A stretch of DNA of 64,000 nucleotides from Podarcis cretensis (lineage: Eukaryota): the NCBI GenBank assembly GCA_951804945.1, contig OX638163.1:37448001-37512000 (forward strand), written 5' to 3'. The position numbers were made by a program, and so were the translations under genes. Positions within the stretch are counted from its first letter, which is position 1; each line of letters starts with the position of its first letter. Below, piece after piece: positions 12,308-25,503 of the stretch. Under the pieces are notes generated by a model, which saw only the letters and a list, made by a program, of their open reading frames with translations, searched no databases and was not told where the DNA came from.

Positions 12308-14254
12308 CCAGAGAGGCATAAGCACTCAATGAGGGTACAAACAGGGTTGGCAAGGGGTGTGGCCTACGGAGAGTCCTGAGAGCCGGATAAAGAGCCTTGG
12401 ATGGCTGCATTGTGGCCCCCACCCCTTCCCTAAAGTGTTGCCCTACTTCACTGTTGGCATGCATCATTTAGATTAGGATCACAGTTGTGCCCACTAGCTG
12501 TCTCTCCTATAATCAGGCTGTCTGGAGGAAGAGTTTTATTGTGATAACTGGGCTTGTTTTAGAGGTGTAATATATGTATGCTCAGGCAGCATGCTATGGG
12601 ATGTATATGGGCTTAAAATTCACCATGCCCCATGGGCAAGCAGATACAGAATGGTGCAAAACAATATATCATAGTATTGTGGTCTTTATGACATTACTCT
12701 GGTAACCAGCAGTAACAGTGGTAATAACCGACTCATTGATCTTTTAGCTTGCCCCCCATAGTCGAGCTCCTGTTATTGTGATTTAGGAAAATGAAATGTG
12801 GGCCAGAAAAGCACAGCTGTGCCATTAACATTCTGAAATCATCTTTCTCTTATTCCCTTCCTTCATACCTTCATTATAGATATTGTGTTTGATTCATTCT
12901 GCAAAGTGAAAATCTAGGCCCAAAGTGCACAATGTTCTAAAACCTCGGTAAATATTTTATACTTCCTTCTCCACGTTGTACACAGGATAAAGGGCTTGCA
13001 GCCCATCAGAGCTGTAAAAGTGAGACAAAAGGATGAAGAAACCCTGCATTTTCAGTTGCGGTACCAGTCCTCATGGATTCTTTCCCAAAAGGACCACAGG
13101 ACCCTTCATATGTTGCAAGCAAATGAGCTGGCCTGTACGACATCCTAAGACAAACCTTAGCATGGTCACACCGCATAAATATTTATTTCTTTTATTTAGG
13201 AGTTTTTATACCCTATCTACTAACCAAAGTTCACAAGGTAGCTTACAATATATTTAAAATGCAATGAAATAGACAATGTTACAATGGTCACTGTAGCAGG
13301 GGAAATGTGTATATAAGTCCATCCTCCCATTGTTCTCCAGTGTTCCAATAAATTCAATTCTGCAGCTGGCCTCAAACTGATGGCCTCATTTCTTGGCCTC
13401 AGACTGATGGTTGAAGCAGCTACATGTTAGCTGTACACAGGTGAGGACCTCCTCACTGGGTGGCTGATGCTGATCTTTCTCAGAGCCCCACCACTGCTGG
13501 CAGATGCAGGAGGTGTTGGAGGGAGCAACTATGTTACATGCCCCCCTCCCAGTTCTTAGATGTTCCAGTGGCCACTTTGCTAAAGAATTTCTGGGACACA
13601 GCAAAGGTGTTGTGGAACTGTGGTTTTTTGGTCCAGCATACTGGTATGTTGCACTAAATTTCACTCACGCCAGTGGTGTGACATTACAATGAATGTTATT
13701 GGACAACATCATTATTCCCTTACCCTTTCTGCACATCTGTGCTTCTGTTCCTCCATGATTCCCCACCCCAAATGAAAACAGAAAAGAACAGTATGGCAAT
13801 ATAATGCCTCAAACATAATCACTTTACTCCCATGATTTTCCAAGTTAAAGGGGGCTGCAAATGTATTTTCTAGACTCAGACAATGTGGAAATGAGTGCTA
13901 ATTATATGCTGCATTCCACTAGATTTCTGGAAGTGGCTCTTAAGCTGAACCAAAGTTCAGATATAATGCAGAAATCAGCAGCTAGGGAAGTCTCAGAGAG
14001 GTAAACTGCTGGTTGAATGAAGTTCATGCCAGCTAGGAAATAATCACAGCCCAGACAGAGCTGCATAAAGTGTTAGTCCCACATAAGACAGGACTTCCTC
14101 ATTTGCTGGCTGTTTCTGTCTCACAACACCTTTGCCCTGTTGGCAGATGCAGAAGGTGTAGCCACTTGGTTTGCTAGACTTCAAAATTAGGAGGTACTAA
14201 GCATCAACATTTTTAACTTAGAACATTTTAAAGCCTGCTGTCATTTCTCTAGAG

Positions 14255-14623
14255 CAGGGGTGGCCAACTCCAAAGAGACTGTGATCTACTTACAGAATAA
14301 AAAACTGGCAGTGATCTACCCCCGTTTTTTTTTTGGGGGGGGGTTCAAGTCAAGGTTGTTGACCTTTTTTGGGATGGAAAGCCCTGTTTTTAAGGGTTTG
14401 GGGGTAGAAAGAAGAATAGCCGCTCACCAACAAATTACTGGGGAAACAAACAACCACAATGAGTAAACTCTGTCTTCCATTCACCAGATCGTGCAACAAT
14501 GGAGAGCGGGGCCGGTTTCAATTTTACCAATGCTAATGAAAGGGAGCCAGTGATTGACCATGATCTTCCAAAACCTCCCGAGGATCTACCAGTAGATCGC
14601 GATTGACCTGTTGGACATCCCTG
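14255..14623. mobile_element. Non-autonomous hAT transposon (MITE)
   Basis: Perfect 8-bp TSD CTCTAGAG (14247-14254, 14624-14631); TIRs CAGGGGTGGCCAAC / GTTGGACATCCCTG; internal GATCTAC/GTAGATC subterminal motifs. Confidence 0.88.
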
Positions 14624-15356
14624 CTCTAGAGCAACAGTAGGATCTACATCACAGTACACAAGCATACTATCTTCTTCCATCCAGCTTCAGGCTTGAAGAG
14701 GAGCTCTTAAACTTTGTTGCCCCTCCCCAGTCCTTTTTGCTGCCATACCATGCAAAGCAAGGTCTATGTCTGGCTTAGTATAACATCTGAACTGGAACTC
14801 TTTCCTCACTAACTACCAGCTTTTATCAAGGTATCTTATTGACCTCGCAGGTACAAGGGCCCATTCTAGATTGCTACCTTGATGGGAGGTGGGAGGGGTT
14901 TAAACACTTTGGCTTCACTCCAGTCGTCTCCCAGATTTGGAATCTGTGAGTAGAGACTGGAGAAGTTGATGCTATGGCACCAAGACCTGCAGAGCTAACT
15001 CAAAATAATCTCAACCTTCAATGTTGGGTTCTCAGAGTGAGAGTGAATTATAGGTGGGTGGGGTTATCACCATCCCACTTCTGGGAGTGCAATAGAGATG
15101 GATGAAAATGCCAATTTTAGTTTATCTCAGTTATTTTCATTCGTACAATTTTAAGTTTACTTCACATTTCTGCATCAGTTTGCAAATTGCAATTTGTTCC
15201 TTAAAAACTCATCATGAAAATTCAGCAGTATTTTCTCCTAATATACACCTTTTTGTGTATTCATTTATCTGTGTGTCTTTTACCCGATATACAGCTTTTG
15301 GTGAGCAGTTACCCTATTAAAGAACACTTTGGCATGTTATTTTGTAATAATATATA

Positions 15357-15445
15357 TAATAATAATTTATTATTTATACCCCGCCCATCTGGCTGGGTTT
15401 CCCCAGCCACTCTGGGTGGCTCCCAATCGAATATTAAAAACACAA
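15357..15445 (-). mobile_element. L2-type LINE 3' terminus
   Basis: AT-rich microsatellite tail followed by TATACCCCGCCCATCTGGCTGGGTTTCCCCAGCCACTCTGGG; the same sequence occurs at 20311 and 58340. Confidence 0.7.
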
Positions 15446-15452
15446 TACTAAT

Positions 15453-15822
15453 ACGCAGGTGGCGCTGTGGGTTAAAGCCTCAGCGCCTAGGACTTGCCGA
15501 TCGAAAGGTCGGCGGTTCGAATCCCTGCGGCGGGGTGCGCTCCTGCTGCTCGGTCCCAGCGCCTGCCAACCTAGCAGTTCGAAAGCACCTCCGGGTGCAA
15601 GTAGATAAATAGGGACCGCTTACCAGCGGGAAGGTAAACGGCGTTTCCGTGTGCGGCTCTGGCTCTGGCTCTGGCCAGAGCAGCGATGTCACGCTGGCCA
15701 CGTGACCCGGAAGTGTCTCCGGACAGCACTGGCCCCTGGCCTCTTAAGTGAGATGGGCGCACAACCCCAGAGTCTGTCAAGACTGGCCCGTACGGGCAGG
15801 GGTACCTTTACCTTTACCTTTA
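15453..15822 (+). mobile_element. Sauria SINE, nearly full length
   Basis: tRNA-like A box (GGTGGCGCTGTGG) and B box (GGTTCGAATCC), (ACCTTT)n tail, flanking direct repeat TACTAATAC (15446-15454 / 15821-15829). Confidence 0.93.
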
Positions 15823-17423
15823 CTAATACCTGCAAACTTATAGACACTTTCTCCTAATATGTACCCTGTACATTTGTGTACATGTAATTTGGTTGGACAA
15901 CTGCATTCCAAATTCTAGGGTAGTCTAAATTTTGAAGCATAGCTGTGTCTCAGTTTATGTGCTGTTTCAGGAACTGTGAATATTCATGTTAAAATATGAA
16001 CCGAACTAAATTTCTTACCCTTCCCCAGTGGACAGGTTCCACAGAACAGGGAAGGGAGAGACATGACCTGGCTGCTCAGTTGTTCTTGTTGCATGCTCGC
16101 TAATATTTTGACTATTATACTTTTGTAGGCATGCTTATTTGCAATTATTAAATTTGTTGTAGCTGATGGGGTGTTCTTGAATTAGTATTTGCTGACATTT
16201 TGTTGGAATTATCTTAATATACTGTTCATAGAATTGTTCCGTAAGTGTTATTAATTTTTGTTTTTAAAAGGATATTTAGAGTAGTTATAGGAAGGTGATA
16301 GTGCAATTTTTATTGTGTAGTTTGTTGTTTCTAAGGCTATAACCAGCTTTGAGTTCTGCAATGTAAGGCGGTATACAATTCATAAATGAAACTGAATCCA
16401 GATCAGCCCTCCTGCACCTGTTATTTATTTATTTTCTAAAAGCCATCTACGCAACTGCTAAATGTGTGAGTGGCATCTGCATTGGCCCTTAGCCCAGTAG
16501 CAATCAACATACAAAACAGTTAAGATTTCATTTAAAAAATGAAACTTCCCCTCCCATCCTTAGGGGTCCCCATAACATTATCACATCATCCTATTAAACT
16601 GCCTTTAATTTGTACTAAAGAGGCAGCCCATATATTGTCTCTGTGTGTGCACTGGGATTGGTTCAGTCTATGGGATTGGATCAGTCTATTTCAAATATGT
16701 GTCAATTTTGCATGTGTCATTCAAAAGTCACCTTAAATAATCTAATTAAATACATATATTTTAAACATGAATTTCCAGTGTCCTAAAATACACATTTTTA
16801 TGCATTTTGGTGCTTAGAGTTATGAATGAATCACAACATGTGAAGAGATGTGCAATCTGAAGGATAATAGCACTTTTAGATCAGGAGGCACAACTTAGGT
16901 GGGTTGCCTTCAAAATGCAGATGAAATGAAAATTCTCCTCCAGTTTTCGTGTACACAGTGTTTTTGCTCTTCATGAGGGAAATATCAAGGACATGGCTTA
17001 ACTAAAACTGATGGTGAAATCACCAAGGGAAGGAAACAGAGGCACTTAACTTGTAGTTTGGGGGCTTTGCTCACACTGCCAGATCTTGTTGTCTTTGAGC
17101 TTCTGTTTGTTCCCAGTCAGTCTCTGGGGGAAAGGGAGAGAGAGAGAGAGAGGAGGGGGTGGGGAGAGAGGAAAACACTCAAGGCAAAGGAATGACACTA
17201 TCAGCTGGCTCTCCTGAGCACAGTTTTTCAGTGTCTTGAGTGGCCCCTTGTCTGACAGCTGCTTGGATTTCCCACTGGACACTCTGCTAGACTATCTTCT
17301 ATGAGTCTTGTGGCAGTTCAGATTTATAAGCAGCAAGAGAACTAGGTGAACTTACAGGAACATAGGAAACTGCCTCCTACCATCTGAGACTGTTTTCTTC
17401 ATCTAGTCTGGTATCAGCTGCTT

Positions 17424-18655
17424 CAGGGGTGGGGAATACTTTTCATCCCAAGGCAGTGGCAGACTCTGGGCTTTAAAATTTCAGTGGTGTCCTGTGCAAT
17501 GCCAAAATTCGGTGCTTCCCACCCCGCCTCTTACCTTGTGTTGTTTTTCATCATTGCAGTGGTCCCTGTGGCACCTTCCTGGCTTGGCACCCAGTGCAGG
17601 CAAACTGGTTGTGCTCCCCTAAATCCTCTGCCCAAGGGCCACATTCCCATCTGGGAAACTTTCTGGGGGCCACATGCCAGTGGAGGGAGGGGCCAAAGGT
17701 AAAAGTGTAATGTATTATTATTATAATGCTAATTTTGTGCACACCCCCCCTCTATAGTCTCTACTGAGGCAAGCAAGAGGCAGTATCAGAATTCAAGGAC
17801 TCAACCCAGCAAGCCAAAACCACTCAAACAAAGCATGAAGCAGGGGCAAATTGTGTCCTCCAAATCATGGAGAGCCACGTGCTGCAGTGAGATCACAAAA
17901 CTGCCTTCTTGTTACTGGGGTGGGCCCGTTTGGATGACCTCCGCACCTCATTGGTTGCCCCTTTGTTGCTGGGGGAAATGTTCTGTTAGTTGGGGTTTGA
18001 TTGGCAACTAATGGGCTATTTAAGGGGCTGCACGAAGCAAAGTACTTTCTCTTTTGCATCGTGCAGCGGATCTCCCGTCCTCCCTTCCTCTCATTTAAGG
18101 TTCTGTTTTTGACCTTGCTATGCCTTTCTAGGGGTCATCTGTTTTTGGAGCAGGGGCCCCGTAGGAATTTTGCCACTTGGCTGATTGGCTGGTGCCATTT
18201 GGTTTTTGCCTACCGTGTAGTAAATTGTCACAACTTTGTAAGGTGGAGGGGGTTATGGATTAGCTGTGCCTGCCCTCATTTTTGTTGCTGTTACTAGGGA
18301 ATTCCATTAAAGGAATCCAGGGGCTCAATTTGCTCTGTCCGATCCCCTCTCAGGGGCAGGGCCAGGCCAGAGTTCCTGGGAGCATCTGGGGTGAACTAAG
18401 AGGTGGAAATCAGGTAGTCCGAACCAATGCCTAAGCAACCACTCACATGCTGTAATCAATAATGTTGTGGCCAAATTAATGCCAAAAATATTAAACAAAT
18501 ATTCTGTGTCCTTTGTGATTTATTTTGGAGGGGGTTTGGGAGTCTTCACATGCAGGATGATTTGGGAGTGAGTATGGTCTGGGGAGGATCCTGAAGATCA
18601 AACAGAGAGCCCTGAAACTTCTCACAAGACCCTGAAGGCCTGAGTTTCCCATATC
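17424..18655. mobile_element. Old hAT-like MITE interrupted by two nested insertions (17454-17630 and ~17865-18530)
   Basis: Pieces match the related copy at ~56310-56620 (AAGGGCCACATT..., TTCAAGGAC...). The small inner insertion is flanked by direct repeat CCCAAGG (17447-17453, 17631-17637). Confidence 0.55.
17865..18530 (+). mobile_element. Solo terminal repeat of a DIRS/Ngaro-like or LTR retroelement
   Basis: ATTGG (CCAAT) boxes, TATTTAA box near 18017, GTAGGAATTTT...TTTTGCCTACC hairpin, degenerate poly(A) signal AATAATGTTGTGGCC near the end; no coding sequence. Confidence 0.45.
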
Positions 18656-19764
18656 TGAACTACTTTGATTGGCACCAGCTTTCCAGAATCTCAGATAGAG
18701 GTATTTTCCACCACCTGATCCTTTCAACTGGAGATGGCAGTGATGGAACCTCGGACAACCGGACTACAAACCATCTCAAGGAAAGAGCAAAATGGAATGT
18801 ATCTTTAGCTGGTCATATAAAATTGACTATGTAGCATTATGAAGTCAACCTACTCACTGTTTGTCTCTCATTTGCTAAGAGAATGCCATTTGGGGAATGT
18901 AAGTTGCAGAAACGAGTAGCCATGGGCAGAAAATTCTGCCTAAAGATCAAGTACAATTGTACATGGAAGGATGTATGCACTGGGGGAATTTTCTGTAGTC
19001 TTCTGAGTCTAAGGAATCCAAATTATTCATGAATGCATTAAAACTTGAAGACAGAGAGTGCTTACTTGTTTTACACAGTAATTTTTCTCCTTGAAAGAAA
19101 GGAGCCACTCAAAGTGGCTTTACATAATATTTAAAGAAGCATAAGAATATTAATCTATACTTAGGGGTTACCCAAGGCCAAAATGCCCACTGCTGATGTG
19201 ATGGTGGGGTGGGGCAAACTTCATAAGGAGTTTCCCTTGCTGGGTGAGGGTGTGTATTACTTTCTGGATCCCCACCCAGTGGCAAAGATGGGCAGTGGAA
19301 TCCCTCCCCTCTGGCTGACTCAGCAGGAGGGGAGACGTTCTGCAGAGTTTTGCCCTTGATCCCTCTCTGCCCATAGAGTCCAGGGAGACCAGCAGCAAAG
19401 CCAGATGGTGATACAGGGGTGATGTTCCTTGTGGGGTGCCACCTGAGGCAGCTTGCTCACCCCACCTCATGGGTGGGCTAGCTTTGTCTATGCTTCAAAT
19501 ATAAGCACTAATTACTAAACCACAAGCAGCATCAAAAAGTAAGGACATAAAGATAACAAATGATCAGCAAATTAATTTAAGCAAGAATGGAATCCAAAGG
19601 GAAATGCCACCAGTCAATACTGGAATGTTGTGTGGAAGATAACCTAACCTTTTGGGGAAAGGGAGTTCCATGCATCCACAGTGTCCATATTAACACTGTT
19701 CATGTTTACTTGTATATAGGATGCAAAGCCCTGCCCACCTTGTTGTGTCTTCTTCCTGCAACAA

Positions 19765-20032
19765 CAGGGGAGCCAACTTGAGCCCCAGGTTATGGGTGCC
19801 CAGTGCACGTGGCATCATGGTATCATGTTGTGACATGATGTCATGATGTCACACGCACGCCTTGGAACTTGACTTCTGGTGAAAGCATCTCCAAGGTCTT
19901 GCGAGGCCTCAGATGTGACTTCCAGTGCTTCACAAGGCACCAGAAGTTGTATCGTGGGCCTAGTGGTATGGGTGCTGAGCACCCTCAACAATTTTTTGTG
20001 GGTGTTCAAGCTCCCTATGGTTGGCACCCCTG
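19765..20032. mobile_element. hAT-like MITE related to 12119-12307
   Basis: TIRs CAGGGGAGCCAAC / GTTGGCACCCCTG; no recognisable TSD. Confidence 0.6.
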
Positions 20033-20267
20033 GTGTTATGTCTGCAAGAAATTCAAGCACTCAGGTGAAGCAGCTCTACACATTAGACACACCTGAGCAA
20101 CTGGGTGTCCCATTCATGCAGAGCCCCTACTGGCAAGTAGGTACATATGCATTTGAATTTCTCCACAGGCAACCACATTAATTGTGTGGTTGTTGTAGGA
20201 AGACAAACCCAACAGCTAAAAGCTGGGTGAAAAGTACACACTTGTTCCGCTGCCAATATAGATATGC

Positions 20268-20268
20268 C

Positions 20269-20312
<44 letters not shown>

Positions 20313-20490
20313 GCCAGCCACTCTGGGCAGCTTCCAACAAAATATTAAAAATATAAAAAATAGAATAAAACATCAAACATTAAAAACTTCCCTAAACAGG
20401 GCTGCCTTCAGATGTCTTCTAAAAGTCAGATAGTTGTTTACTTCCTTGACATCTGATTGGAGGATGTTCCACAGGGTGGGCGCCACTACA
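20268..20490 (-). mobile_element. L2-type LINE 3' fragment with (TAA)n tail
   Basis: (TAT)~14 followed by CAGCCACTCTGGGCAGCTTCCAAC...AGGGCTGCCTTCAGATGTCTTCTAAAAG...GTTCCACAGGGTGGGCGCCACTAC. Confidence 0.75.
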
Positions 20491-20785
20491 GATGAGAATT
20501 TCTCTGTTAGTTATATGATCTATATGGCACCCTTTGCAAGAACAAAAAAACAAAAAAAAACAAAACCCCATCAAACTGAGTAACAACACTGAGTAATAAT
20601 ACATAAATAAAAATGTGAAAATATTAAAACAAAATTTCACTAATAAATCAACATAAATCAATATGTTTGGGTAAGAGAGCCCAGCACTCAAAGGCATAGA
20701 GGAAGAGGATGGCTTTCAGCCAGTCCCAAAAGATGGACAAGGACTGTGCCAAATGGACCTTTGTTCCAGAACTAGAGTCCCATTA

Positions 20786-21027
20786 CAGTGGTACCTCGGG
20801 TTACAGATGCTTCAGGTTACAGACGCTTCAGGTTACAGACTCTGCTAACCCAGAAATAGTACCTCGGGTTAAGAACTTTGCTTCAGGTTGAGAATAGAAA
20901 TAATGCAGCAGCGGTGCGGCGGTGGCAGGAGGCCCCATTAGCTAAAGTGGTGCTTCAGATTAAGAACAGTTTCAGGTTAAGAACAGACCTCCGGAACAAA
21001 TTAAGTTCTTAACCTGAGGTACCACTG
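20786..21027 (+). mobile_element. Tc1/mariner-pogo (Tigger-like) MITE
   Basis: TA TSD, TIR CAGTGGTACCTC...GAGGTACCACTG, internal CAGGTTACAGA repeats; inverted second copy at 48843-49084. Confidence 0.9.
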
Positions 21028-23897
21028 TACTGACTATTGAGCAAATAGAGCTGTTGGCTGGGCCCAACTTCTCCACCCATGATGATAGGGAGGCAGGGGA
21101 GTGAATGGCAGATGCCCCAAATAATATCAGTCAGATGCTGCAGGTTGGCTCGTCTGCTTGGAAACCACAGCCTTTCAAAACCTAGTTTTCTGTGCTTCTG
21201 CAGTGGAAGGGACTCTCGGCAAATGCAATGATAGAAAGCTTGCTATCTTATTCCCATTAAGACTCAGCATACTGATTCATGCTTAATGTGCACACCTGAA
21301 AGCCTGTGTCCGCCTTCTCTCTGTCTTCATCTTGTAATCCACATCAAAGATTACCTTAATCGCCAAGAAGGTAACAAGGAGACCTGTGCATTTGGAACAG
21401 CTCTATTTATTGATAAGCCATGGAGCAGCAGACAATCTGTGCCTATCACTGGAGCATATCACGGCAGCCAGGAAGGTATTTTTCATCTTTTGGATTCTAT
21501 AGGAGTCTCTTGTGTAGAGCAAAATGCCCTGAAGCCCTCAGACTTCTTTCAGCGATTCATTCGCTTTGTTGTTCGTTTCTGAAGAATCAACCAGCAATCA
21601 TTACTGCAGACGTTCTTTACAAAGAAACAAGATTCCCCCCCCCCATCCTGCTATGGGAAGAGAGCAGAAAAGGAGAAGGAAACTAAATTAACAGTATGGA
21701 GGATTTCCCCCCTATATTGGATATTTAGCTCGTTTGTTCCATCAGCTTGTAACAGAAGGCAGAGCAATTACCTTTGAATTAGGAAGACAGTAAGACTGTG
21801 AATGGTCAGCAATCAACTATAAACCTTATTCCCCCCTCCCAGAAAAATGCCATGGTATGCTTGTAATATTTCCTAGGGTACAGCCTGACTTACTCAAAAG
21901 TAAGTCTAGCTGAATTCAATGAGTTTTTATATCCAAGTAAGTATTGTCATTGAGGGCAAAGTGTCATTGCTTCCATGAGCTGGAATCAGTGCAGGGCAGA
22001 TGTGGAGAACCTCTGGCCCTCTGACTATTGATGCCAACTCCCATCAGCCACAACCAGCATGGCCAGTGGTCAGGGGTGATGGGACATATCATCCAGAAAC
22101 ATCTGAAGGTTTAATTATGTGTCCTCTTATCTTATCTAGCCTTCCAGATAATTCTTGGTGTGTATGCACCATGGTGTGCTGGCAACTATATAGAAGAGCA
22201 AACCATGGACACACATCCTTTCAGCCTTCTTCTCCATAGGCTTCTAGCTTAGAATATTAGTGATCCACAAAGTGGAATGTTCAGGAGGAGGTAGCTATCT
22301 GGATGTTTGTGTGGTGTCACTTGTTCCTTCTTCATCAGGATTAAGTCCACAGATGAGCAAGAGAATATGGTTTTACTCATGTCCAGCTTTCAAATTTCCC
22401 ACATGCATCTGGCTAGCCACTGTTAAAACAGGATGCTGGGCTAAATGGGTCTTTGACCTAATCCAGCAGACTGGTCTTATGTTCTTATTTTGCCTGTTCT
22501 CTGTCAATGCTTGCTGCAGCACACTGACATGAAAAGGGAGACTCCCTTGCATGCATGCATGCATGCACGCAGCCATTACTCCCTCTGCAAACAGATCTCT
22601 TGTTCAGAATGTGAGTAATATGGGACTGCAGCATTAGCAGTTGGCAGAGATCAGTATGGGTTGACAGATAAATCAGTATGTGTTCAGGTGAAATAATAGA
22701 GACCGCTTCCTTCCCTCCCTGTTGCAGGTGGTCCTTAGTGTGCATGTACTACAATGCACTTGCCAGTACATGGAATGATACTAGAGAAAAGAGAAAGAAT
22801 CAAAGCTAAGTTGTTGTTCTTAGAAAACAGTTCTTTTATTTTTTTTAAAAAATGACACACATGAAATTGAGAGGGGGGAAGAAACAAGGGCTTTGGAGAT
22901 TTCACAATGCATCCTGATTATATGCAATTTTCTGGGATTTACTAGAAGAAAATAGCTCTTCTCTCATTCTCTGTTTGAATTTTGTTTGTGGCTGCATGTG
23001 AGGTTTTAAGACTATGACTTTAGAAGCTAAAAAATCCCCTGCAAGCATTAATGTCCCTTGCAGATTCACAATGCTTTTACATTATTCATTTATTTATTGG
23101 ATCTATTTGAAAGGGGGAGGGGATAAATTCACTCCATGAAGTTGAAATCAGATTTGGTGGTGTATTGTGTATGTACCATGCTGCTGTTCCTAACAGAGAA
23201 GTTAAGCTGTTGGGCTCAGCTGGCAACAGCTCAATCTGTGCCTGGTAATCCTTGCAATAATCCATTGTGCTTGTCTGGAAGATTTTATTCTAGAGCTAAA
23301 ATAACCAGTGGGGAAGGATGGTTTCAAATTTGCTTGGGAGGAAAAAGCTTCAGAAGGAATGGTTTTTGAAAGATAACAGCATGCCTTTAAATTAATCAAG
23401 ATATTAGTACTGAATGCATCCAGATTCATAACTGGGAAATTTACAAGGGAGGACTCAAGACTTCCACTTGAGCCTATAACTCCACTAATGTTTTGAGGCC
23501 AGCTCTTAATGGCTTCACTGTGGTGTCAGCATTCCACCTCACCATACAGACCTTCTTGCTGCTGGTCCCATCTTTCTCCAAGCATCCGCTTATGCAGAAA
23601 GGTGGCAGTCGCAGGAAAGGCTCATGATGTTAATCAAAGTGTCAGCTCTATATGCGGCTATTGCTTCTGGGGAGCACGAGACAAGGATTTCCCAATGCCA
23701 ATCATCCAGGGAAGGGGAAGAAAATATGTTTGGAATGTGAACTAGTTGTTCCACACATTCCAAAGGAAAATGCAACCAAGAAACACCTCTCTTCTGAAAT
23801 TTGCACTTTTCTGAATTTTGTGCTGTAATAGTGTTGCAACTATATTAGTCTTTTAAAGTCTGAATCTGTGAAGAAAATCAATGTTATAAAATGAGAG

Positions 23898-24030
23898 CCA
23901 GTGTGCTGTTGTGGTTAGAATTTTCAACTAGGACCAGTGAGATCTGGGTTAGAATCTCCACTCAGTGCAACAACTCATTGGGTAATACTGGGCCTGTCAT
24001 AATCTCTCAGCCCAACCTAACTCACAAAGT
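23898..24030 (+). mobile_element. Ancient MIR/CORE-like tRNA SINE remnant (similar piece at ~27895-28000)
   Basis: GTGGTTAGA A-box-like, GGGTTAGAATCTCC B-box-like, CTCTCAGCCCAACCTAACTCACA body. Confidence 0.5.
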
Positions 24031-25120
24031 CCTTTAGAGCATAAAAGGGAGGAGGACCCTGGAGGTCATTTTGATCAATTCTGGCACTGTACATTTTGCT
24101 GCCTGAGACAAAGGACGTGATGGCACCCTCTGTAATAATTTCATGTACTGAAGCTGACAAGATTGGCAGTAGACTATTATTTCAATGCTGCTAGACTCCA
24201 CTGTGCCTGAAAGCAACAAGCCTGCTTAGGTTATGCAGGGAAGGTTATGTGGCACACACAGTTCTGTTCTCCAACATTTACCACCATTGTCTGTCCCCCA
24301 CCCAAACATCCAAAGAACATGAGTTACTCTGCCTAATGATAGGGCTGGCCTTAAAGCTTTTCTCAAAGGGAGGGTGGTATAAAAATAAGATAAAAGTGAG
24401 GAATTTGTTGCACACTGCTGACTATCTTTCTATTGCTGTATACAATTTGTCCTTCTAACACATAGAGAATTATCCTTTGAAGGAAAAGGTTTTATTTGAA
24501 ACACATTGGGCTTTATATTACATTTGGTTTGCAAGAATAAATAAGCCTTTGAATTTTGCACCAGCTTGAGTTTTGCTTCTCACGTGCCCTTCATTTTTTT
24601 AATGATTCCCTCCTTTTCTGTGCATATTACATACCACCCCACACAGTGACTCCAAGTCATAGTCATTGTGCCTCCTATTATCCTATAATATCTGCAGAAT
24701 GCTAATATTGTCTTCTTTTCACAATACCCAAAAGGTAGGGCTGCCCACCACACAGTCAGGAAGACAACATTGCAGATATAAAAACCTTGATGACACAATA
24801 ATTTGGAGAAGTCATGCCAGAAGGGTGGGAAGATGAAGGAACTGTTCCTCAGTGGTTAAGAGGAAATGCCTAAAGGTGATGGAGCTTTGCTCAGGAGAGC
24901 CAGTACAAAGGGGGGGGGGGGGAGAAACTCTCTTGGGAGAGGCTGCTGGGAGAGAAAATAAGAGATTCTGCTTCACATGTTAGAGAAGGGCAATGGCCAT
25001 GTGTTCTGAAAGGCATCTGATGTCAAAGGTGTGCACACCCATCAAGGGAGTGAAGATAAGTTGGAATTCCTTCTTGCATCTACTAATCATTTTGGGGTGT
25101 GGGGTGTGCTAGCTTCAGCT

Positions 25121-25503
25121 TGTTGTTGTTGTTTAGTCGTTTAGTTGTGTCCAACTCTTCATGACCCCATGGACCAGAGCACGCCAGGCACTCCTGTCTT
25201 CCACTGCCTCCTGCAGTTTGGTCAGACTCATGTTTGTAGCTTCAAGAACACTGTCCCACCATCTCGCCCTCCGTCGTCCCCTTCTCCTTGTGCCCTCCAT
25301 CTTTCCTAACATCAGGGTCTTTTCCAGGGAGTCTTCTCTTCTCATGAGGTGGCCAAAGTATTGGAGCCTCAGCTTCAGGATTTGTCCTTCCAGTGAGCAC
25401 TCAGGGCTGATTTCCTTCAGAATGGATAGGTTTGATCTTCTTGCAGTCCATGGGACTCTCAAGAGTCTCCTCCAGCACCAGAATTCAAAAGCATCAGTTC
25501 TTC
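25121..25503 (-). mobile_element. BovB (RTE-clade LINE), 5'-truncated 3' fragment
   Basis: ORF 25133-25462 RVPWTARRSNLSILKEISPECSLEGQILKLRLQYFGHLMRREDSLEKTLMLGK is the BovB C-terminus; (CAA)n tail; TSD GCTAGCTTCAG / GCTGGCTTCAG (25108-25118, 25504-25514). Confidence 0.93.

Noticed and set aside
15455-15530. tRNA gene
   Set aside because: The A/B boxes belong to the SINE head; there is no complete cloverleaf or terminator.
15480-15780. Recurrent near-identical small proteins (MTDSGVVRPS..., MASVTSLLWPEPEPE...)
   Set aside because: Translations of Sauria SINE copies, not a gene family.
20786-20870. Short interspaced repeats resembling a CRISPR array
   Set aside because: Subterminal repeats of a TA-flanked MITE in eukaryotic DNA; no unique spacers or cas genes.
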